From IMG/VR virus record IMGVR_UViG_3300049009_000397, positions 1 to 24,508 of that record: DNA of 24,508 nucleotides. The stretch is one strand, 5' to 3'. The notes under the pieces were generated by a model, which searched no databases, was not told the origin of the DNA, and saw only the letters and a program-made list of their open reading frames with translations. Below, in pieces: positions 15,218-22,379 of the stretch. The stretch is from a virus (Duplodnaviria; Caudoviricetes). Both the position numbers and the translations under genes were made by a program. Within the stretch, counting starts at the first letter, position 1. The number at the start of each line of letters is the position of its first letter.

Positions 15218-15731
15218 GTGCCTGCTTTTCGGTTTGGCGTCGGACCTTTGGGCGGGGATTTCTCCACCTCGCCTCAAATTCCGAGCGCGTCATTCCGCAA
15301 ATGCAGGCATGAACTCCCTTGGCGTACTGGTGCCTTAGAGTCCCTTCCGGCTTCAGGCCGATCCCTTCGTTGAAGCGGAGCGCCCGCTTGTTCGTGGAGG
15401 GAGTAGCCGTCACTACCTTCCTGCAAGCATACTGTAGGAATGGTATGCTCAACAAGGTGGAAATTGTGCGACGGGTTGCCCATTTTGGGCTCGACGCCGC
15501 AAATGAAATCTCGCAAGTGCCATACCACGTCTTGCCGTCGATCTCTCGCGGCGCGGTGTAATTGTGATAGATGCACACGGCCAAGAGCGGGAAAGTCAAA
15601 TCCCCACCAGCCACGACGCCAACCGCCTTCATGGATATGCTCGGCGTCAGGTGCGGAATGCGGTGCGCGGCCCACTCCAGAAGCTTCTGGTTTTCGCCGT
15701 CGTTGGACGGGAAAAAGATTGTATGGCTCAC
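15180..15731 (-). CDS. GNAT-family acetyltransferase-like virion assembly protein
   Basis: GTGA overlap start; NKRALRFNEGIGLKPEGTLR GNAT motif; position between nozzle and pilot genes as in other podoviruses. Confidence 0.8.
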   Translation of the reverse strand: MSHTIFFPSNDGENQKLLEWAAHRIPHLTPSISMKAVGVVAGGDLTFPLLAVCIYHNYTAPREIDGKTWYGTCEISFAASSPKWATRRTISTLLSIPFLQYACRKVVTATPSTNKRALRFNEGIGLKPEGTLRHQYAKGVHACICGMTRSEFEARWRNPRPKVRRQTEKQAHGQQERLGTPGP

Positions 15732-15967
15732 GCGCTCACCACAGTTTCCCAGCCCGCCCCGGTATTCTGGCAAAGCTTATTGAGGGTGCCGTCATAGACC
15801 AGCGTGCCCTTGACGTTCGCCAAGGCGTTCTTCTGTGCCGTCGTGATGGGCGTAAGCTTGACCGACGAGAAAGCGCCCGCCGCGTTCATGCCCGCGCCGG
15901 TCAGCACCGCATCGACCGCGCGGCGGAAAAGCTCCTCGCTGACTTGGAAGATCGGAATAATTGCCAT
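15728..15967 (-). CDS. Small virion protein (fibre/needle-like motif)
   Basis: 79 aa; ITTAQKNAL...GTLVYDGTLNKL...GAGW motif seen in phage fibre domains; TAATG overlap. Confidence 0.6.
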   Translation of the reverse strand: MAIIPIFQVSEELFRRAVDAVLTGAGMNAAGAFSSVKLTPITTAQKNALANVKGTLVYDGTLNKLCQNTGAGWETVVSA

Positions 15968-17547
15968 TAGAGCGCCACTCGCTGGCCGACTTCGTACTTC
16001 ATGTCGATGGCATTCAGGCGCACCTCGATCCCCAGGCTTTGCCCCATCATATGAACGGAGGCCGTCGTGCCGATGCCGGTCGCCGCATACCAGTTATTGA
16101 ACGGCGCGGAACTATCGCCCCACATGGCCGCATCCCATAGCGCTGTGTCCCACACGCCGCCTTGCGCGCCGGATGACGCGGGGAATGCGTCTGTCGTCAG
16201 CGGCTGATCGTTGCGATAATCGACGTTGACGCGGATGGCGGGCACCACAGCGCCGCCAGCGGTGAACAGAGGCCGGATCATCGTGAGGCGCGAGACGCCG
16301 CCCGAACGGCCATAGGTCTGAAAACTGGTCTTTACCTGCCATGTGATGCCGGCGGTTCCGTCCACGTAGCCCGTCTCGGCGCGTACCACCGTTCCGTCGC
16401 TTTTGCCGAAATACGGGGCCTCGTTGAACACGCCCCAGCACGTCGCATTCAGCGGCGACGCCTGATTGCCATAGGTGCACCATCCGCCGGTCTGGACGTT
16501 GACCACGAACTGAAAGGCCGTTGAGGCAGAGGTCGGCACGTTGATGAGCGCTAGTCTGTAACTTGGATAGGACCACATCGACCAGCCGGCCAGCGCCCCA
16601 TAACTGAGGTATGCGTCGCGGATGCCTTGGTCGATGCGGTCGGTGATGGCCTTGCGCGTAGCCGACGCCTGCCCGCCCTCTATAAGCTGGCGGGTGCTGA
16701 CTACCGCAGAATCCGTGACGATGGCGAGGTCGCCGCCGATGTTAGCCGTGCTTCGGTTCCCGATGGGAGGAGCGCCATTGTAGACGCCGACGAGCGCCCA
16801 TGTGTTGGCAGATGCCGGGTCGTCGCCTTGATAGACGACCACCTGCCCCTGACTGCTCACGAAGGCAAGGTAATCGTCTATACCGGCCCCGCCGTCGCGG
16901 CTGATAGAGCCAATGGCGATCAGTTTGCCGCCGTCAGTAAACGCCTCGCCCAGCTCAAAGCCGGATGCCGCGCCGGCAATGCTTGAGGTCGGCAAATACC
17001 ACGCCTTTGTGGAGTTGTTCTGGACGAACCAAAGCCGCGACTTGTGCAGGCACGGGAAATTAAGGGTGGAAGGCGTTACGCCCGTGATGGCCGCAGATGT
17101 CCAAGTCGTGCCGTCGTAGTTCCGCACCGCATCGACGCCGTTAGCCAGCACAAGGAACGCGCCGCCGGCCGTCGTCATCATTACCGTCTGCCAATAGCCC
17201 GAGCCGAGCGTGCTGACGACGGGAGAGCCGACCGCGCCCGTGGTCGTTATGTTGTAGATGTCCGTGGGCGACGCGGCAAAGAGCTTGCGGCTTGTCGGCC
17301 CCGCCCATTCCATGATGGTTTGTACAGAGCCATTTATGCCCGTTGCGTATTCCGACGTTCCGCCACGAACGCGCAGGTAAGTGCCGTCCGGGAAAATGTT
17401 GTCGAGTATGAGCGCATCTGCCGGCTTCATGGATGCAATGCCGTCCCGCAGGTTCAGGCCGCGCGTCGAAGCCGGGATTTGCGCCGATCCCATTGACGGC
17501 CCCTGGATGCGGCGCGGCGGCGTGCGGATGGGCGCAATGTAGGCCAT
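15967..17547 (-). CDS. Tail nozzle / tubular protein B-like (packaged DNA stabilization)
   Basis: 526 aa from MAYIAPIR at TGATG overlap; beta-propeller-like composition; WDTALWDAAMWG motif; follows adaptor. Confidence 0.75.
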   Translation of the reverse strand: MAYIAPIRTPPRRIQGPSMGSAQIPASTRGLNLRDGIASMKPADALILDNIFPDGTYLRVRGGTSEYATGINGSVQTIMEWAGPTSRKLFAASPTDIYNITTTGAVGSPVVSTLGSGYWQTVMMTTAGGAFLVLANGVDAVRNYDGTTWTSAAITGVTPSTLNFPCLHKSRLWFVQNNSTKAWYLPTSSIAGAASGFELGEAFTDGGKLIAIGSISRDGGAGIDDYLAFVSSQGQVVVYQGDDPASANTWALVGVYNGAPPIGNRSTANIGGDLAIVTDSAVVSTRQLIEGGQASATRKAITDRIDQGIRDAYLSYGALAGWSMWSYPSYRLALINVPTSASTAFQFVVNVQTGGWCTYGNQASPLNATCWGVFNEAPYFGKSDGTVVRAETGYVDGTAGITWQVKTSFQTYGRSGGVSRLTMIRPLFTAGGAVVPAIRVNVDYRNDQPLTTDAFPASSGAQGGVWDTALWDAAMWGDSSAPFNNWYAATGIGTTASVHMMGQSLGIEVRLNAIDMKYEVGQRVAL

Positions 17548-18251
17548 CAGACGGACCAATTTCCTTCAGGCACCACAATTCCCGGCCGGCGAGCCCACCA
17601 ATTACCACCGCTCGCAAGGTTCTGCGTCGAGCGCGGGCTATCGCCCGATAATTCCTGCCGGCGCTGAAGGTCGAATTGTTCGTATGCCGCCTGCGAAGAA
17701 AGCCCCCGCGCGTCGAGATAGCGGTACATTATGGCGAGCGTCATAATGCGCTCGCTCAGAACGCCCGTATCAGTGTCGGCAAGCCATTCCGACTGTCCTA
17801 CAAGCGCGTTCGACTGACACCAGAGATTGGACGTGTATGCGAACGCGAACGTCTCGCCAGCATCCGGGACGGGCTGGACGAGGATGTCGTCGCCCTGCAT
17901 GTAGAACACGTCCATCACCGGGAACGTCCCGAACGCGCTCCATGCCTGCCATAGCTGCGGGTCGATAGGCCCCCAGAGCGGGCGGCGGGCCGAGCGGTTC
18001 CAAAACGATTCGTCTAGCCATTTGCCCAGGTCAGTCGGGATCATGCCCGTCTGCGTCTCCTGGGCCAACGTCGTGAATACCTTTTGACGACGAAGCTTGC
18101 GCCAGTCGCCGTATTTCATCAGTTCGGTGCCTTCCTCGTTGGCGAAGGAAAGCATCTGCTGGACGGTGGCGTCAGTGGACGTGACCACGACGTTCGGCAC
18201 CGGCTGGCCTACGCGCCGGCAGACGTTGGCGATTATCGACAACAAACTCAC
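17547..18251 (-). CDS. Head-tail adaptor / tail tubular protein A-like
   Basis: 234 aa from GTG (MSLLSIIANVCRRVG); GTGA overlap with SD GGAGG; size and position upstream of nozzle. Confidence 0.75.
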   Translation of the reverse strand: MSLLSIIANVCRRVGQPVPNVVVTSTDATVQQMLSFANEEGTELMKYGDWRKLRRQKVFTTLAQETQTGMIPTDLGKWLDESFWNRSARRPLWGPIDPQLWQAWSAFGTFPVMDVFYMQGDDILVQPVPDAGETFAFAYTSNLWCQSNALVGQSEWLADTDTGVLSERIMTLAIMYRYLDARGLSSQAAYEQFDLQRRQELSGDSPRSTQNLASGGNWWARRPGIVVPEGNWSV

Positions 18252-18781
18252 GATTGCCCTCCCGTGAAGCTGCCGCGCCACTGTTCAGGGAGATAGCGCG
18301 GGTCTGTCATCGGGTCGTATGGCGGCGGCAGCATCGGGTCAGGGCCTGCATAGCCCTGTCCACCGCTCTGAACCTGCATGGGCTGTTGCGGCATCGGCGC
18401 GGCATACTGCGGCTGGGGTGCGGCGGGAGCCTGCGGCGGCGGTTGCATGTAACGATCCATCGGCAAAGAGCCGCCGGGCTGTTCAAAGGGTGGCAGAGTC
18501 TGGCTGTTACGCAGGCCCGTATATGGGGGCAGGAACGCATAGGGGTCCGCCTGAGGTTGCGTGGGCTGCGGCAAGCGCATCGGCGGCAGATAGGCTGACG
18601 AACTGCCAGGCGCGGCGAAGTTTGGCATCTCCGACGCGGGAACGGGCGCACGCGCCGCAAAGTTCGGCATCGGCGGCATATTCGGATTTGCGCCAACGGC
18701 AAAATTGGGCATCGGTGACGAGTTGGCGGGAGCGCCGGTCATCAGGCGCGCAAGGCGCTGGCGGGGTGTCTCGTCCATCAC
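18248..18781 (-). CDS. Pro/Gln/Met-rich low-complexity protein
   Basis: 177 aa; GTGA overlaps on both sides; three MPNFA repeats. Confidence 0.65.
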   Translation of the reverse strand: MMDETPRQRLARLMTGAPANSSPMPNFAVGANPNMPPMPNFAARAPVPASEMPNFAAPGSSSAYLPPMRLPQPTQPQADPYAFLPPYTGLRNSQTLPPFEQPGGSLPMDRYMQPPPQAPAAPQPQYAAPMPQQPMQVQSGGQGYAGPDPMLPPPYDPMTDPRYLPEQWRGSFTGGQS

Positions 18782-19446
18782 GCGGCCTTGCGTGGACGGC
18801 CAACGGGACGCGGCATCGGCTCAGAAGCCAGTGCGCCCGCCACGTCCGCCGGCATCTGCGGCGGCTCGATCTGGTTTTTCGCCATGAACTCGCGCATGGC
18901 CTTGCGGTCTTCCTCGGCTTCTTTGGTCAGGCGCTCGACTTCGCCGGCCAGCCGGGCGTTTTCCTTCGCCAGCTTAGCGCCCTCGCCGTTTAGCGAGCCG
19001 ACGAACGCCGCAGCGGTCGCGCGCAGCTTCGGGCCGTCCGGGCCGAGCTTGTGGATGTTCTCGTCGGTGAGTTTGGACAGATCCTCGACGCTGAACACGT
19101 TGATCGACTTGCACTTGGCGATCTGGCCGACGCTTATGCCGCCCGCCCAGCCTTCCAGCGCGTAGCCGTCCGTGACGGCCTCAAGTCCGTCCTTCCAGCG
19201 CGTGTAGTGGGGCTCCAGGGCATCCCACACGCAGGGCTGTGCATCGGGTCTGCCGCGCATCGCCTTGGCGTCCTTGAGCAACCGGACGACCTTCTCGGAT
19301 TTCTCCCAATTGGCATACCCGCGCTTGCCCCAGCTTGCCCAGTGGATGGCGTCGAGGCTTCCGGCTTCGTTCTCCACATGATCGACCCAGAACTTAAAAG
19401 GCACCACCGCGAGGTCGTTGCGGTCTTCCTGCTTGGCGTCAAACAT
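18778..19446 (-). CDS. Phage protein with HhH-like motif, coiled coil and C-terminal AT-hook-like GRPRK
   Basis: 222 aa from MFDAKQED, SD AGGAG; SVEDLSKLTDENIHKLG; ends PVGRPRKAA. Confidence 0.7.
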   Translation of the reverse strand: MFDAKQEDRNDLAVVPFKFWVDHVENEAGSLDAIHWASWGKRGYANWEKSEKVVRLLKDAKAMRGRPDAQPCVWDALEPHYTRWKDGLEAVTDGYALEGWAGGISVGQIAKCKSINVFSVEDLSKLTDENIHKLGPDGPKLRATAAAFVGSLNGEGAKLAKENARLAGEVERLTKEAEEDRKAMREFMAKNQIEPPQMPADVAGALASEPMPRPVGRPRKAA

Positions 19447-19464
19447 GCGGGCTCCTGTGTGAAT

Positions 19465-19499
19465 GAAAAGAGTGGGCGGGAGCCGTGAAGCCCCCGCCC
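19465..19499 (-). terminator. Intrinsic terminator/attenuator after capsid and decoration genes
   Basis: Minus strand GGGCGGGGGCT-TCAC-GGCTCCCGCCC (11-bp stem with two GU pairs) followed by ACTCTTTTC; imperfect U-tract suggests partial read-through. Confidence 0.75.
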
Positions 19500-19505
19500 G
19501 TCCCG

Positions 19506-19988
19506 TTAGTACGGGAAGTCGCACATCACGATCTTTGCCGACGCATCGACCGCGTAAGCGCAAATCGAGTCCGTGACCAAAGCCGACACATCAAGCGTGC
19601 CGTCGGTCGAGCCAACCGGCGTCAGGGCATTACCATCAGCGCCAGCCGTGAGGGCAGTCGTGAGGGTCGCCGATCCCTTGATCTGGACCCAGCAATACTC
19701 TCCGTCAGCCGGAGCCGACTGCAGAACACCAGCGCCGAGCCCTGCCGAATCCGACAGGTCCGACGTGACGACGGTAGTAGATCCCGCCGACACGCCACCG
19801 GGCGCGTAGTAGTAGCAGACGTTGCCCGATACAGCGGCCACGGCACCAGCGGCCGTTTCGTACTGCACGAACTTATAGACCTTGCTGCTGGACGACGTGT
19901 AAAGGTCGCCAAGGCCAGCCGGCCCCTGCTGGGCAAGCTGCGTTGCGTCGTAGGTTGCGGTGATATCCGCGCCGATAAGCTGCGTCAT
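19506..19988 (-). CDS. Capsid decoration / cement protein
   Basis: 160 aa small-residue-rich; directly after major capsid; SD GGAGA; EYCWVQIKG motif. Confidence 0.7.
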   Translation of the reverse strand: MTQLIGADITATYDATQLAQQGPAGLGDLYTSSSSKVYKFVQYETAAGAVAAVSGNVCYYYAPGGVSAGSTTVVTSDLSDSAGLGAGVLQSAPADGEYCWVQIKGSATLTTALTAGADGNALTPVGSTDGTLDVSALVTDSICAYAVDASAKIVMCDFPY

Positions 19989-20000
19989 GTTGTGTTCTCC

Positions 20001-20969
20001 TTAGCTAGCGTCGAGCAGGAGACCCTGCAGCGAGCGGTTGGAGCAGACGAGATTGCCCATCCAGAGCATGGGAATCACGACGGCGTCCTGGTTAACCGAA
20101 ACCTTGTCGTCCATCTGCGACCAGTTGGCGTCACGGTGGACGACAAGGCCGAGATAGTCGGTGTTGAGGAAGTACATCTTCTCAGCCGTGGTCGAGAAGT
20201 TGCTGTTGCTGTCGAAGATAACGTCGGCATCGACGTACTTCAGGGCGCGGAAGCCGGCGGTCGCTTCGTCCTTGTCATTGGTATAGCGCTGCTGATCCTG
20301 TAGCGATTCCCAGTACATGGCGAAAAAGTCGTGGCTGGAGACGATGAGGTCGGGCTTGTCGGCACCACGAACGAGGCTGAGATACAGCGTGTTCATGAAG
20401 CCTTTGATGTTCGCCTTCGTTACCAGATTAGTGCCGGTTGCTTCCAGGAACTGATTGCGCCAGAACGTGTATGTGGTCGAGTTGATGCCACCCACCGTGC
20501 CCTGGCCGTTGCTCTGGATGATGTAGGCGAGGCCGCCCATCTGATTGGTGAGCGCGCCGTCCGAGTACACGTCGATCGACATGTAGTTAGACGCGGTGCG
20601 AACGGCGTTCTTCAGCTTGGCCTTGGACAGATTGAAGATGGCGTTGTCGCCGCTGTTCATGCGGAGTTCACGGCCGGAAGCGGTGACGTTGACCGCCGCC
20701 TGCATCCAATCGAACTTGGCCGCCGTCAGCACCTGCGTCTGGCCGATGTTCAGCGTGTCATACCCGCTGTAGCGCTGGTACGTGCTGTTGTTGGCGTAGT
20801 CGAGATTTCGGACGATTTCGTAGCCGCCGTCCTCCAGATCGATCTTGCCCTTGCGCTTGAGGTAGCGCCACAGGGCATTGTTCTGGCTGACGTTGTCGGC
20901 GATTTCGGACGGGTGGTTGCGGAGGGTGGAAGTCACCAACTCCGTGAAGACTGAGCTAGGCGATGCCAT
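20001..20969 (-). CDS. Major capsid protein
   Basis: 322 aa; ELVTSTLRN...IADNVSQNNAL...GG...YSGYDTL...GTVGGIN...FWRNQ; after scaffold; SD AAGGA; terminator after the following gene. Confidence 0.9.
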   Translation of the reverse strand: MASPSSVFTELVTSTLRNHPSEIADNVSQNNALWRYLKRKGKIDLEDGGYEIVRNLDYANNSTYQRYSGYDTLNIGQTQVLTAAKFDWMQAAVNVTASGRELRMNSGDNAIFNLSKAKLKNAVRTASNYMSIDVYSDGALTNQMGGLAYIIQSNGQGTVGGINSTTYTFWRNQFLEATGTNLVTKANIKGFMNTLYLSLVRGADKPDLIVSSHDFFAMYWESLQDQQRYTNDKDEATAGFRALKYVDADVIFDSNSNFSTTAEKMYFLNTDYLGLVVHRDANWSQMDDKVSVNQDAVVIPMLWMGNLVCSNRSLQGLLLDAS

Positions 20970-20981
20970 TGCGTGGTTCCT

Positions 20982-22004
20982 TTAACCGCGCGCCCGGATG
21001 CCCCTGAACGTAGCCGCCATCGAATCTTCCCAACTGCCGCCCGCTTTTGCCACTACGCCGACGCTGCCCGGTTTGCGGGAAAGCGTGGATAGCTTTGCGG
21101 CCTTCGCGGATTCCGCTTTCTGCTTTTCAAGGGCCTCGGCCTTCGCCTTGGTGTCCTGTTCGGAGCGGATCAACGTGCCGATTTCCGGGTGAGCCTTTGT
21201 CGCCATGTCGTAAAGCGCGTCGAGTTCCATACCGGGCTCGTAGAGCTTCACCATCAGCGCCTCCACCCTGTCGAAGTGCGGGGCCTTCGTCTTGAAAGCC
21301 TCGATCTTCTTTTCGGCGTCGGTCAGCTTCGCCTGTTCGGCAGCCTGCTGCTGTGCAGTGAGATGAGATTTGATAGCGCCCAATTCCTGAGCGAGCGCGT
21401 TGAATTGCGGGTCCTGCTGCCCCTGGCTGGGCTGGCCGGAAAACGCGGCTCTGATGTCAATCCCGTACATCTGCGCGATTTGCTGAAGCCCGCGAACGCC
21501 GTCAGAAGCGAGAAGCTGGTCTGCTGCCGCCAGTCGCCGGAAATACTCCGGGGCCGGGGCGTTTACCTGCCTCAGTCGATCCTGAATGCCTGTCGTGATT
21601 TCTTCAAACGCGGATAGGGACTTGAGCCGCTCCCCATCGGTCGTGAATTTCTTGTGTAGCTCGCCTTCCCTCGCAGCCAGCCATTCCTGGTGTTTGGGTG
21701 GAAGCGTGGCCCACTCTGCCTTCACGTCCGCCGGCAGGGACTGCGGCGCTTCGATGGCCTGCTTTGCAGGTTCGGGCGGCGCAGTCTCGGGACTGCCGGG
21801 TACTCTTAGCTCGGGCGTCGCGGGTGCCGCGCCTGCCTTTGCCTGAAACTTGCCGTCCTCGCCCTGCTCTGGGCGGCGGGCTTTCATCGCCTCGAAAGTT
21901 GCCGCGAGCGTGTCATCCATCGACCGCTCAGGGGGTGCCTCTGTTACCGCCTCAACTGAGGGTGCGGCGTTTGAGACATCGGCAACTACAATTTCTTCGC
22001 TCAT
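20982..22004 (-). CDS. Capsid scaffolding protein
   Basis: About 340 aa; acidic Pro-rich N-terminus, EDGKF, APQSLPADVKAEWATLP, helical body; directly upstream of capsid; start codon uncertain. Confidence 0.8.
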   Translation of the reverse strand: MSEEIVVADVSNAAPSVEAVTEAPPERSMDDTLAATFEAMKARRPEQGEDGKFQAKAGAAPATPELRVPGSPETAPPEPAKQAIEAPQSLPADVKAEWATLPPKHQEWLAAREGELHKKFTTDGERLKSLSAFEEITTGIQDRLRQVNAPAPEYFRRLAAADQLLASDGVRGLQQIAQMYGIDIRAAFSGQPSQGQQDPQFNALAQELGAIKSHLTAQQQAAEQAKLTDAEKKIEAFKTKAPHFDRVEALMVKLYEPGMELDALYDMATKAHPEIGTLIRSEQDTKAKAEALEKQKAESAKAAKLSTLSRKPGSVGVVAKAGGSWEDSMAATFRGIRARG

Positions 22005-22033
22005 ACAATACCACATGCTAGGGGGTTATTCAA
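22005..22033 (-). promoter_or_regulatory. Sigma70-like promoter upstream of scaffold/capsid genes
   Basis: TTGAAT (22033-22028), 17-nt spacer ending TGG, TATTGT (22010-22005), in an AT-richer intergenic gap. Confidence 0.5.
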
Positions 22034-22329
22034 CGTCGGAACTCCGCTAGTGCACGAGGCGACCACTCGCGGCCATGCTCGATGGCGCGGCGCTTCGATT
22101 CGTAGGTCGGTTTATATTCGCCAGGATCGACCACACGGCAGCCGGTGCGCTTCAGGTCCTCTCGCTGCGCCGCGCGCCCGTCGATCATCTGCTTGCTTGC
22201 CATGCTCATATACGAAGCGATGTCGCTAATGATCTGCGGCGTCGGCACGAAGTCGCCACGGGTCCGCATGGGCTTGCCGGTGGCCTTGGATACCCACTGT
22301 TCACCGCGCAGGACGTAGGTGTCCCTCAT
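22030..22329 (-). CDS. Small head-module protein between portal and scaffold
   Basis: 99 aa from MRDTYVLRG; IISDIASYMS...IDGRAAQREDLKRTGC motif; GAGG upstream. Confidence 0.7.
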   Translation of the reverse strand: MRDTYVLRGEQWVSKATGKPMRTRGDFVPTPQIISDIASYMSMASKQMIDGRAAQREDLKRTGCRVVDPGEYKPTYESKRRAIEHGREWSPRALAEFRR

Positions 22330-22379
22330 GCCCACAACCTCGCGCCGTCTAGGGGATTGTCGCTGCTGGCGTAGGGCAT
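22326..22379 (-). CDS. 17-aa mini-ORF MPYASSDNPLDGARLWA
   Basis: Starts at TAATG overlap with portal stop, purine-rich GGAGGGGACGAG upstream, ends at ATGA overlap with next gene. Confidence 0.45.
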   Translation of the reverse strand: MPYASSDNPLDGARLWA

